From contig JAXLNO010000311.1 of NCBI GenBank assembly GCA_038087875.1, forward strand, positions 62,001 through 114,284: DNA of 52,284 bases, read 5' to 3'. The notes beneath the pieces are model-generated. The model was not told the DNA's origin. It was given only the letters and a program-made list of their open reading frames with translations, and ran no database searches. Positions within the stretch are counted from its first letter, which is position 1; every line of letters starts with the position of its first letter. Source of the DNA: Malacoraja senta (taxonomy: Eukaryota). This document shows positions 25,248 to 36,372 of this stretch, in pieces. Both the position numbers and the translations under genes were made by a program.

Positions 25248-25927
25248 CTTGTTGCAGCCAACACCAAGGCTCAGTGGAGGTCTACAGTCTAGGGTCCTTC
25301 GTGGCAATACATTGGGGGGCTGCAACTGGTGAAGACGCCCCTCAAACAAGGGAAGGGCTATTAACCCAGGAGGGCTATACAAGTGGCAAGGGTGCTTGAT
25401 ATAAGGATAGTTTGTGAACACAACCAAAAATAACTGTAATTAATCCATGTGTGGACACTGAGAATGGCAGAAAAGTTGTTTGCACTGTTCTTGTTTTGTA
25501 TATATTTCATTATTCTGAATAATGTTTATTTTTGGCTGGGATAAAATCCCTCCAGATATTACCTGACCTGCTGAGTCTCTGCAGCCCTTTGTGTTTTGCA
25601 GTGAATAGTATATATGATGTGGATGTGAATATTGGTGGTTTGATTAGTAGGTTTGCAGATGACATGTACATTGAAGAAGGTTGTCTATGGATCCAGTGGG
25701 ATACAGATTAGCTAGAGAGCTGGATGGAGCAATAACAGAAGGAATGTAATCCTGAGATGTGTGAAGTTGTGCGTATCGGCATGTCATGTTCTGGTAGGAC
25801 ATAAACGGTAAGAACCTGAGGGGCGTTAATATACAGAGTCCTTGGGTTGCAAGTTCATTGATACGTGAAAATGCCGACAAGGGGAGACAGGAAAGCAAAA
25901 AATGCACTTTGGCATGCTTGTCCACTT

Positions 25928-26512
25928 AGACATAGCAACATATAAAATTGGTGCAGGAGTAGGCCATTTGGTCCTTCAAGCCAGCACCACCATTCAATAT
26001 GGTCATGGGTGATCAACCAGAATCAGTACCCTGTTCCTGTTTTCTCCCCATATCCCTTGATTTCGTTAACCCTAAGAGCTAACTCTCTCTTGAATACATT
26101 CAGTTAATTGGTCTCCGCTGCCTTCTGTGGCCGAGAATTCCACAGATTCACAACACTCTGGGTGAAAAGGTTTTCCCCATCTCAATCCTAAATGGCCTAC
26201 CCCTTATTTGTAAACTGTGACCCCTGGTTCTGGACTCCCCCAACATTGAGAATATTTTTCCTGCATCTAGTCTGTCAAATCCCTTGTTAGTATTTGGTTT
26301 CTATCTGATTCCCTCTCATCCTTCTGAATTCCAGTGAATATAATCCCAGTCGATTCATTCTTTTATTTTATGTCAGTCCTGCCATCCTGGGAATTAACCT
26401 GGTGAACTTTGCTGCACTCCTTCAATAGCAAGAACGTCCTTCTTCAAACTAGGTGACCAAGACTGCACAAAATACTCCAGGTGCAGTCTCACCAGGGCCC
26501 TGTATAACTGAA
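25928..26512 (-). mobile_element. CR1 3' fragment inserted in an older plus-strand CR1 remnant (~25610-27460)
   Basis: Similar to 10951-11550 but more diverged. Confidence 0.75.
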
Positions 26513-27603
26513 TAGACTCTGGCATCAAGTATATGAGTTGAGAAATCAAACAAAACATTGGTTAGGCTGCACATGGAGTATTGTGTAGAGTTCTGGTCGC
26601 TCCTCTACTAACGTTACTGTGCGGGGATCACTGGTTGGCGTGGGCCGAAGGGCCTGTTTCTGCAATGTATCTCTAAACTAAAAAGGATGTGATGGCATAA
26701 AAAGTAGTGCAGAAGGGTTTTGCCAGGTTGTTGCCTGGAATAGAGGTCTGGTGTTATGTGAAGAGATTGGATAGGCTGCATTTATTCTCACTAGAATGCA
26801 GGAGTGAAATAATGAGGGCTATAGATTGTGTCGGAAGGATCTGCAGATGCAGGTTTAAACTGAAGAAAGACACAAAAAGCTGGAGTAACTCAGTGGGACA
26901 GGCAGCATCATTGGAGAGAAGGAATGGGTGATATTTCGGGTCGAGACCTTTTCGGGTCGAAACGCTTCTTCAGGAAGGATTAACAGATGTTGGTTTACAC
27001 CGAAGACAGACATAAAATGCTGGAGTAACTCAGCAGGACAGGCAGCATCTTTGGAGGGAAGGAATGAGTGACGTTTCTAAACATCATCCATTCCTTCTCT
27101 CCATAAATACTGCCTGCCCTGCTGAGTTACTCCAGCATTTTGTGTCTATCATTGGGGTATAGATAGGATAGAGAGTAACTGTCTCTTTCCCGGGGCAGTG
27201 GAGACTAGAACTGGAGGTTTAAGGTGATGGGAGAGAAATGTTAAGGGGATCTGAGCAGACGTTTCTCACCACAGTAGTTATCTGGAATGAGCTGCAGGGG
27301 AGATGGTAGAGGCAGACATAATCACAATGTCTATAAAGCATTTGGACTTTTGGTAGGAAAGTCAGGGAGGGGTAAGGGCGTAATTCATGTAATTGTAGAT
27401 AAACATCTCGGTCAGCATAGACAAGATTGGGCAAAAGGGCCTGTTTATATGCTGCAGGATTCAGTTTATTTTAAGATTCTTTCTGTGGTTTTCATGTTGC
27501 TATCTCTATTAGCCAGAATAAGCACTAAAAATGGCTCAAGCAGTCTACACCAGAGAGAACACTGCGTGAACCAAAGGAAGTGAGATATGTAAAATAGGTT
27601 CTT

Positions 27604-27927
27604 TAGTTTTTTAATTTAGATACACAGCGTGGAAACAGGCCTTTCAGCCCACCAAGTCTGCACCGACCAGCGACTAACCCGCACACTAATACCATCCTAT
27701 GCACACGAGGGACAATTTGACACATGCATCAAGCCAATTAACCTACATTCCTGTACGTCTTTGGAGTGTGGGAAGAAATCGAAGATCTCAGCGAAAATCC
27801 ACACAGGTCACAGGGAGAACGTACTAACTCCGTATAGACAACACCCATAGTCAGGATTGAAACCGGGTCTCTGGCACTGCAAACACTGTAAGGCAGCAAC
27901 TCTACCACTGTGCCACTGTGCCGCCCT
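27604..27927 (-). mobile_element. HE1/V-SINE-like element
   Basis: Full-length reverse copy ending ...gtgccgccc. Confidence 0.8.
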
Positions 27928-28778
27928 TATTGGTAACTTTGTGTGATCTTATTTTGTTAGGATGCAAATTCTATGGGAACGCTTTCTCAAAGAGATAGAT
28001 AATGATGTAGAAACAACGAACTGCAGATGCTGGTTTGTACCAAAGAGTGTCACAAAGTGCTGGAGTAACTCAACGGGTCAGAGGCGTTCTACAGCATCGC
28101 TGTAGATAAAGGATGGGTAATGCTGGGTGAAGCTTCAGGTTGGGATCCTTCTTCAGACTGATGTATTGGGTTGGGACCCTTCTTCAGACTAATCCTGCTT
28201 GAGACTGAAGTAGGGTCCTGACACAAAGTGTCATCCAGCCCTTTTCTCCAGAGATGCTGCCAGTCTCGCTGAGATACTTTAGCACTCTGTGTCTAAGGTT
28301 GATAATGAGTTGTTCAATCCTGATGTTTTGTGATGTTAATTTCTGCATGTTCACAGGGCAGACTGTGAGAGTAAACAGTTGAAAAACTAGTCTAGCAGGA
28401 AATGTGTGGTATTTGAGTAAGTGTGAATGTGGGGCCTCTCCAGTGAGATGATTGGGGAACTCCCTGACAAAGGGGGATGTGGTGAACAAGTCACCAGGAG
28501 GTCATATCAAAGCAGAAGTTAAATGTTACATTGATATTTTTAGAGTCTGCTCTTGATGTACTGGCATGGTGCAATCCGATTTGGACAACTTACTGTATAT
28601 TGCAGCTCAAGATGATATAGAGATATAGCATTGGAACAGTGTTTAAGAAGGAACTGCAGATGCTGGAAAATCGAAGGTACACAAAAATACTGGAGAAACT
28701 CAGCGGGTGCAGCAGCATCTATGGAGCGAAGGAAATAGGCAACGTTTCGGGCCAAAACCCTTCTTGAGACTTCAGTCA

Positions 28779-29070
28779 CGGCACGGTGGGGCAGCGATAG
28801 AGTTGCTGCCTTAAAGTGTCAGAGCCCCGGGTCCGATCCTGACTATGGGTGCTGTCTGTGCGGAGTTTGTACATTCTCCCCATGACCAGTGGGTTTTCGC
28901 CAAGATCTTCGGTTTCCTCCCACACTCCAAAGACGTACAGGTTTGTAGGTTAATAGGCTTGATATAAATGTAAATTGTCCTTCGTGTGTAGGATAGTGTT
29001 AATGTGCGGGGATCTGTGCGGACTCGTGCTGAAGGGCCTGTTTCCACACTGTATCTCTAAACTAAACTAA
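28779..29070 (+). mobile_element. HE1/V-SINE-like element
   Basis: cggcacggtggggcagcgatagag head and ctaaactaaa tail. Confidence 0.8.
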
Positions 29071-29440
29071 AATAATCTAAGTAAGCTTGACATCCAGAAT
29101 CATGTACAGCATAGAAACAGGCCCTTCAGCCCAGCTTATCTATGCCAGCCAAGATGCCCCATCTACCCTTGACCCACCTATCTATATTTTAGCTTAGTTT
29201 AATTTATTATTAATGTCACGTGTACTGTTTTGCAGTGAAAATGTTTCTTGTGTGCTATCCAGTCAGTGAAAAGACTACATTACAATGAAGCCGTTCACAA
29301 TCTATAGATACAGGGTAAATGATATCATGTTTAGTGCAATGTAAATCCAATTGGTGTTTTGCCGATTTCCCTCCAAACCTTTCCTATCCATAGAAATTTC
29401 TATTACTTGACAATAATTGTATTATTTTCTTTGTTTCTAG

Positions 29441-29701
29441 GGCCTCACACACTGATCTATTACTTCACCCTGAACCACGGGAGTACTCATCTACCAGAAT
29501 ATAGTGTCGTGGGTGTACTGGACGGTTGTGAGATACAGTATTATGACAAAAACATGGTAATTACAGTTCCAAGACAGAAATGGATGGCGGCTGCATTTGA
29601 CAGGAATTACTGGGTAACAAATACGGTCTCTGAAACTGGTTTCCATGGAATCATCAAAGGGCAAGTCGATGAATGGATGCGGAGGCAGAACGAAACAGCA
29701 A
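29441..29701 (+). CDS. MHC class I-like heavy chain, exon 2 (alpha-1 domain)
   Basis: Acceptor ttttctttgtttctag at 29440 and donor GTTAGT at 29702; 261 nt, phase 1-1. Translation: GPHTLIYYFTLNHGSTHLPEYSVVGVLDGCEIQYYDKNMVITVPRQKWMAAAFDRNYWVTNTVSETGFHGIIKGQVDEWMRRQNETA. Class I hallmarks include H3, Y7, PE..VG..D, PR..W, YW (59-60), R84 and the N86 sequon (NET). Confidence 0.9.
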
Positions 29702-29949
29702 GTTAGTTCATTCATTTCTATACATTTGGAGTGTGATCAATGTTCATAAAAAAACACCTCAAAGAAATTTCTCGCTGTGCCAGAGACCCAGGTTTGATCC
29801 TGACTACACGTTCTCCCTGTGACCACAGATATTTCCTCCAGGTGCTCCGGTTTCGTCCCATATCTTGAAAACGTGAGAGTTTGTAGGTTAATTGGGCTCT
29901 GTAAATTACTCTTGTGTGCTGAGAATGGGTGAGAAAGTGGGATTACATA

Positions 29950-30126
29950 CATGTGTAGGAAGGAACTGAAGGTGCTGGTTTACAGCAAAGATAGGCACAA
30001 TGTGCTGGAGTAACTCAGCGGGACAGGCAGCATCTCTGGATACAAGGAATGGATGACTTTTCAGGTCAAGACCCTTCCTCAGACAGAGTGTTCCCCCTGA
30101 CTTACTCCAGCATTTTGTGTCCATTT
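29950..30126. mobile_element. Fold-back PLE-terminus insert inside a SINE with 12-bp TSD
   Basis: Flanked by tgggattacata (29938-29949) and tgggataacata (30127-30138). The host SINE spans ~29773-30210. Confidence 0.65.
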
Positions 30127-31494
30127 TGGGATAACATAGAACTAGTGTGAAAGATGATCGATGGTTGGCATGGAATTGGTGGGCAGAATGGCCCATTTCC
30201 ATGCTAAGTCACTAACCTAAGAACTGCAGATGCTGCAAATGTGAAATAAAAACCAAAAATGCCATTGTCTGATGGCTTCATTGTCAGTTTATCACCATGG
30301 AAACCTGTCATTACCTTATTAGTGATACCCGCTATGTCCAACCATGTCTCCCACTCCTGTCTGTAACTTACACATTCTCACAATTCTGAAGCATTAATTT
30401 TGTTTCTCTTTCCATAGGTTCTGTTGAACTTGCTGTGTGTTCCAGCATTTTACAAATCATTGAAATGTTGGTGGCTTTTTGAATGGTTAAAATCCCTTGC
30501 GTACCTCACCAATTGTTTTTACTTTTATTGACAAATTTTGAATGAAAAGTTGTGTGAAATATTTAAAGGATAACCTAAATGTCATTGTGGTTCAGCCGTA
30601 GTGATGCTGCCGTAGTGCCAGAGACCCAGGGTTGATCCTGGCCTCAGGTGCTGTCTGTACAGAGTTTGTACGTACTCCCCGTGACCTGCGTGGGATTTTC
30701 CCGGGTGCCCCGGTTTCCTCCCACACTCCAAGCCTGTATGCCAAAGGGGATCACTGGTCACTGTGGACTCTAAGGGCTGTTTTCGTGCTATATCTCTAAA
30801 TTATCTTGGGCACCAATTGTAAAGTAAGCTGTCCAAATCCATCTGCACCACACTTGTATATCCATATAATTTGCAATTGGACATGTTTTATATTGTAAAT
30901 CAATGTCCTATCACCATTACTGTGTAAATTCAATGACATTCGTAGTGTACCATTGAACAAAGCAGGACTAGGCATGAGGGGACCATCATGAGGTGGGGGA
31001 CAAAGGAGGACCTGGTGTGGGAGACTTTCTAACTTTGTCGGTGCCCTTTATGTGAAGAATCTTGACATACGTTGGGTTTACAAAACAAAGACTTTCACTG
31101 TGACTTGTCACATGTCACAATAAAGTATCATTCATTCATGATTAATTATTTCTGAAAACATTGCTTTTTGTTACCTCTTTGGTTACACATTAAATAAATT
31201 ATATTATTAATCTTTAACTGGACTAAAACAGGGTGAGGGAACTAACAGGGAACAATACATCAAAATATTATGCACTGGGCATACTTTCTATCAATTTTCC
31301 ATATCTTGCAATATTTATTATTATTTTCAAATTATATGTGAATACATGTGAATGACGTTTATTAGATTATCATCTGATTCATTGAACCATGTTTATTGAA
31401 TCATATTGCCTTCAAAAATATTTTTTTTATTTGCATTATTTATGGTGCACATATTATCTGCAACATTGTTATGTTTATGAGATTTATGAGCATA

Positions 31495-31823
31495 TTGTCG
31501 GGGCTCAAGGGTGTGAACAAGAGGGAGAGATTGGGCAAGCCAGGGCTTTATTCCATGGAGCACAGGAGGCTGAGGGGTGATCATATAGGGGCGCTTAAAA
31601 TCATGAGGGGAATTGATAGAGTGTATGCCCAGAGCCTTTTACCCAGAGAAGGGGAATAAAATAACCAGAGGACATGGGTTTAATGTGAGAGGGGGAAGAT
31701 TTAATTGGAACTTGGGGGCAAACTTTGTGCTCAGAGAGTGGTCAGCATATGGAATGACCTGCCAGAGAATGGAGTTGCGGCAGGTACAATAACAATATTT
31801 AAAAGACACATGGACAGGGACAT
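31495..31823 (+). mobile_element. Old CR1 3' fragment, split by later insertions; resumes at ~35880 and ~36373-36500
   Basis: ERLGKPGLYSMEHRRLRGDHIGALKIMRG; the text ...ggacagggacat continues as (g)acatgcatagg after the young CR1. Confidence 0.7.
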
Positions 31824-32019
31824 CAAAAACAAGTGGGTTTGAGGAAGCCGCTGATTGGTGGACGCAGATAAGAGAGAGCAGCTGATTGGGAGTCAGATCC
31901 CTGCTGATTGTACTGTATTGTAGCAGTTTGTTTTGTATTGTAGCAGTTTGTTTTGTATTGTAGCAGTTTGTTTTGTATTCTATCAGTTTGTTTTATATTC
32001 TATCCAGGGTAAGGGGAGT

Positions 32020-32955
32020 ATGACGGCCAGGGCAGTTTACTGTTCTGGATGTCAGATGTGGGAAGTCATGGAGTCTGATAGCCCTCCAGACGTCCACATC
32101 TGCGCCAGGTGTATCGAGATGGGGCTCCTAATGGACCGTATTAGGAACCTGGAGCAGCAGCTCGATGACCTCCGTCTGGTCAGGGAGAGCGAGGAAGTCA
32201 TTGAGAGGAGTTACAGGGATGTGGTCACTCCAACACCACAGGAGGCAGGCAAGTGGATCACGGTTGGGAGAGGCAAGGGGCACAGGCAGGGACTAGAGAG
32301 TACCCCGGTGGCTGTACACCTTGACAATAAGTACTCCTGTTTGAGCACTGTTGGGGTGGACAGCCTACCTGGGGGTAGCGACAGCGGCCGGGCCTCCGGT
32401 ATAGAGACCGGTCCTGTTGCTCAGAAGGGTAAGGAAAAGAAGAGGAGGGCAATATTAATAGGGGACTCTATAGTTAGGGGGTCAGACAGGCGATTCTGTG
32501 GACGCAGTCGGGAGACCCGGATGGTAGTTTGCCTCCCTGGTGCCAGGGTCTGTGATGTGTCCCAACGTGTCCAAGACATCCTGAAAGGGCAGGGAGAGGA
32601 GCCCGAGGTCGTGATACATATAGGTACCAATGACATAGGTAAAAAAAGAGAAGAGGTCCTGAAAGGAGAATTTAGGGAGTTAGGAGGGGAGTTAAAGAGA
32701 AGGACAGCAAAGGTAACAATCTCGGGATTACTGCCTGTACCACGCGACAGTGAGAGTAGGAATGGAGCGAGGTGGAGGATAAATGCGTGGCTGAAGGACT
32801 GGTGCAGAAGGCAGGGATTCAAATTTCTGGATCATTGGGACTTCTTTTGTGGAAGGTTCGACCTGTACAAAAAGGATGGGTTGCACTTGAACCTGAGGGG
32901 GACCGATATCCTGGCGGGGAGATCTGCAAAGGCTACTGGGGAGACTTTAAACTAG
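32020..32955 (+). CDS. CR1 ORF1 (zinc finger, coiled coil, SGNH esterase domain)
   Basis: CSGCQMW..HICARC, GDSIVRG, CLPGARV, HIGTND and DGLHLN motifs; the frame is open. Confidence 0.88.
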   Translation: MTARAVYCSGCQMWEVMESDSPPDVHICARCIEMGLLMDRIRNLEQQLDDLRLVRESEEVIERSYRDVVTPTPQEAGKWITVGRGKGHRQGLESTPVAVHLDNKYSCLSTVGVDSLPGGSDSGRASGIETGPVAQKGKEKKRRAILIGDSIVRGSDRRFCGRSRETRMVVCLPGARVCDVSQRVQDILKGQGEEPEVVIHIGTNDIGKKREEVLKGEFRELGGELKRRTAKVTISGLLPVPRDSESRNGARWRINAWLKDWCRRQGFKFLDHWDFFCGRFDLYKKDGLHLNLRGTDILAGRSAKATGETLN

Positions 32956-33134
32956 AATGGTTGGGGGGAGGGACTCAAATAGAGAATGCTATTAGACAGT
33001 GTGTGAGGCAGGAGGCAGAGAAGGAAAGCACTCAGACCCAACATGTAGGGGGGAAAGAAGAAAACAATAATAAACAGAGAATAAGAGGTGGTAGGGTTCT
33101 TAAATGGGTGAGCAGAGAAACAGAGGGGTGTAAA

Positions 33135-35780
33135 ATGCGGGCGGAAGCAATAGGTAGCAAGATGAAAGGTAAAAGTGGCAGGCAGACAAATCCAGGGCAA
33201 AAATCAAAAAGAGCCACTTTTCAACATAATTGTATAAGGGGTAAGAGCGTTGTAAAAACAAGCCTGAAGGCTTTGTGTCTCAATGCAAGGAGCATTCGTA
33301 ATAAGGTGGATGAGTTGAACGTGCAGATAGCAATTAATGATTATGATATAGTTGGGATCACGGAGACATGGCTCCAAGGTGACCAAGGCTGGGAGCTGAA
33401 CATCCAGGGATATTCAATATTCAGGAGGGATAGAGAGAAAGGAAAAGGAGGTGGGGTGGCGTTGCTGGTTAGAGAGGAGATTAACGCAGTGGAAAGGAAG
33501 GACATTAGCTTGGAGGATGTGGAATCGGTATGGGTAGAGCTGCAAAACACTAAGGGGCAGAAAACGCTGGTGGGCGTTGTGTACAGGCCACCTAGCAGTA
33601 GTAGTGAAGTTGGGGATGGCATCAAACAGGAAATTAGAAATGCGTGCAACAAAGGCAAAACAGTTATAATGGGTGACTTCAATCTACATATAGATTGGGT
33701 GAATCAAATTGGCAGGGGTGCTGAGGAAGAGGATTTCTTGGAATGTATGAGGGATAGTTATCTAAACCAACATGTAGAGGAACCAACGAGAGAGCAGGCT
33801 ATTCTAGACTGGGTATTGAGGAAGGTAGTGCATCCGTGGATAACAAGGGAAATCAGGGATAGTATCAAAGCAAAAGATGATGCGTACAAATTAGCCAGAA
33901 AAAGCAGCATACCAGAGGACTGGGAGAAATTCAGAGACCAGCAGAGGAGGACAAAGGGCTTAATTAGGAAAGGGAAAATAGATTATGAAAGGAAACTGGC
34001 AGGGAACATAAAAACTGACTGCAAAAGTTTTTATAGATATGTGAAGAGAAAGAGATTAGTTAAATCAAATGTAGGTCCCTTGCAGTCAGAAACAGGTGAA
34101 TTGATCATGGGGAACAAGGATATGGCAGACCAATTGAATAACTACTTTGGTTCCGTCTTCACTAAGGAAGACATAAATAATCTGCCGGAAATAGCAGGGG
34201 GCCGCAGGTCAAAGGAGATGGAGGAACTGAGTGAAATCCAGGTTAGTCGGGAAGTGGTGTTGGGTAAATTGAATGGATTAAAGGCCGATAAATCACCAGG
34301 GCCAGATAGGCTGCATCCCAGAGTACTTAAGGAAGTAGCTCCAGAAATAGTGGATGCATTAGTGATAATTTTTCAAAACTCTTTAGATTCTGGAGTAGTT
34401 CCTGAGGATTGGAGGGTAGCAAACGTAACCCCACTTTTTAAGAAGGGAGGGAGAGAGAAAACGGGGAATTACAGACCAGTTAGTCTAACATCGGTAGTGG
34501 GGAAACTGCTAGAGTCAGTTATTAAAGATGGGATAGCAGCACATTTGGAAAGTGGTGAAATCATTGGACAAAGTCAGCATGGATTTACGAAAGGTAAATC
34601 GTGTCTGACGAATCTTATAGAATTTTTCGAGGATGTAACTAGTAGAGTGGATAGGGGAGAACCAGTGGATGTGTTGTATCTGGACTTTCAGAAGGCTTTC
34701 GACAAGGTACCACATAAGAGATTAGGATACAAACTTAAATCACACGGTATTGGGGGTTCAGTATTGATGTGGATAGAGAACTGGCTGGCAAACAGGAAGC
34801 AAAGAGTAGGAGTAAACGGGTCCTTTTCACAATGGCAGGCAGTGACTAGTGGGGTACCACAAGGCTCAGTGCTGGGACCCCAGCTATTTACAATTTATAT
34901 TAATGATCTGGACGAGGGAATTGAAAGCAACATCTCCAAGTTTGCGGATGACACTAAGCTGGGGGGCAGTGTTAGCTGTGAGGAGGATGCTAGGAGACTG
35001 CAAGGTGACTTGGATAGGCTGGGTGAGTGGGCAAATGTTTGGCAGATGCAGTATAATGTGGATAAATGTGAGGTTATCCACTTTGGTAGCAAAAACGGGA
35101 AGGCAGACTATTATCTAAATGGTGGCCGATTAGGAAATGGGGAGATGCAGCGAGACCTGGGGGTCATGGTACACCAGTCATTGAAAGTAGGCATGCAGGT
35201 GCAGCAGGCAGTGAAGAAAGCGAATGGTATGTTGGCCTTCATAGCAAGAGGATTTGAGTATAGGAGCAGCGAGGTTCTACTGCAGTTGTACAGGGTCTTG
35301 GTGAGACCACACCTGGAGTATTGCGTACAGTTTTGGTCTCCAAATCTGAGGAAGGACATTATAGCCATAGAGGGAGTGCAGAGAAGGTTCACCAGACTGA
35401 TTCCTGGGATGTCAGGACTTTCATATGAAGAAAGACTGGATAGACTTGGCTTATACTCGCTAGAATTTAGGAGATTGAGAGGGGATCTTATAGAAACGTA
35501 CAAGATTCTTATGGGGTTGGACAGGCTAGATGCAGGAAGATTGTTCCCGATGTTGGGGAAGTCCAGGACAAGGGGTCACAGCTTAAGGATAAGGGGGAAA
35601 TCCTTTAAGACCGAGATGAGGAAAAACGTTTTCACACAGAGAGTGGTGAATCTCTGGAACTCTCTGCCACAGAGGGTAGTTGAGGCCAGTTCATTGGCTA
35701 TATTTAAGAGGGAATTAGATGTGGCCCTTGTGGCTAAAGGGATCAGGGGGTATGGAGAGAAGGCAGGTACGGGATACTGA
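33135..35780 (+). CDS. CR1 ORF2 (APE endonuclease with internal deletion plus intact RT)
   Basis: LNARSIRNK, ITETWL, YRPP, MGDFN, YLDFQKAFDKV, QGSVLGP and FADD. Open from 32772; the start ATG is uncertain (33135 or 33162). Confidence 0.85.
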   Translation: MRAEAIGSKMKGKSGRQTNPGQKSKRATFQHNCIRGKSVVKTSLKALCLNARSIRNKVDELNVQIAINDYDIVGITETWLQGDQGWELNIQGYSIFRRDREKGKGGGVALLVREEINAVERKDISLEDVESVWVELQNTKGQKTLVGVVYRPPSSSSEVGDGIKQEIRNACNKGKTVIMGDFNLHIDWVNQIGRGAEEEDFLECMRDSYLNQHVEEPTREQAILDWVLRKVVHPWITREIRDSIKAKDDAYKLARKSSIPEDWEKFRDQQRRTKGLIRKGKIDYERKLAGNIKTDCKSFYRYVKRKRLVKSNVGPLQSETGELIMGNKDMADQLNNYFGSVFTKEDINNLPEIAGGRRSKEMEELSEIQVSREVVLGKLNGLKADKSPGPDRLHPRVLKEVAPEIVDALVIIFQNSLDSGVVPEDWRVANVTPLFKKGGREKTGNYRPVSLTSVVGKLLESVIKDGIAAHLESGEIIGQSQHGFTKGKSCLTNLIEFFEDVTSRVDRGEPVDVLYLDFQKAFDKVPHKRLGYKLKSHGIGGSVLMWIENWLANRKQRVGVNGSFSQWQAVTSGVPQGSVLGPQLFTIYINDLDEGIESNISKFADDTKLGGSVSCEEDARRLQGDLDRLGEWANVWQMQYNVDKCEVIHFGSKNGKADYYLNGGRLGNGEMQRDLGVMVHQSLKVGMQVQQAVKKANGMLAFIARGFEYRSSEVLLQLYRVLVRPHLEYCVQFWSPNLRKDIIAIEGVQRRFTRLIPGMSGLSYEERLDRLGLYSLEFRRLRGDLIETYKILMGLDRLDAGRLFPMLGKSRTRGHSLRIRGKSFKTEMRKNVFTQRVVNLWNSLPQRVVEASSLAIFKRELDVALVAKGIRGYGEKAGTGY

Positions 35781-35888
35781 GTTGGATGATCAGCCATGAT
35801 CGTATTGAATGGCGGTGCAGGCTCGAAGGGCCGAATGGCCTACTCCTGCACCTAATTTCTATGTATCTATGTATCTATGACATGCATA

Positions 35889-36372
35889 GGTAGATAAAAG
35901 TGCTGGAGAAACTCAGCGGGTGAGGCAGCATCTATTTAGCGAAGGAAATAGGCAACGTTTCGGGCCGAAAACCCTTCAGACTGATGTGAGGGTGGGGGGG
36001 GAGGGGGGGGGGAGTGGGGGGGTGGGCGCAGGAAGAAGAAAGGAAGAGGTGGAGCCAGTGGGCTGAGGGAGAGCTGAGAAGGGGAGGAGAAAGCAAGAAC
36101 TACCTGAAATTAGAGAAGTCAATGTTCATACCGCTGGGGTGTAAACTGCCCAAGCGAAAAATGAGGTGCTGCTCCTCCAATTTACGGTGGTCCTCACTCT
36201 GGCCATGGAGGAGACCGAGGGCAGAAAGGTCGGATTTGGAATGGGAGGGGGGAGTTGAAGTGCTGATCCACCGGGAGATCAGGTTAGTTGTTGCGAACCG
36301 AGCGGAGGCGTTCGGCGAAACGATCGCCAAGCCTGCGCTTGGTCTCACCGATGTAGAGCAGCTGACATCTAG
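35889..36372 (-). mobile_element. Penelope-like 3' fragment
   Basis: SDLSALGLLHGQSEDHRKLEEQHLIFRLGSLHPSGMNIDFSNFR plus the terminal repeat. Confidence 0.85.

Larger units (their letters stand above)
31824..35878 (+). mobile_element. Near full-length young CR1 LINE
   Basis: 5' UTR with short tandem repeats, ORF1, ORF2 and a (tctatgta)n tail. Short TSD gacat at 31819-31823 and 35879-35883. Confidence 0.93.

Noticed and set aside
29359..29440. N-terminal extension of the ORF 29359-29706 resembling a hydrophobic leader
   Set aside because: It starts at a TTG and is the T-rich polypyrimidine tract before the AG at 29439-29440; it is better explained as intron.
32772..33134. 1002-aa ORF start overlapping CR1 ORF1
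   Set aside because: It starts at a GTG in an overlapping frame. Recognisable ORF2 homology begins near 33260, so the extension is probably not translated as listed.
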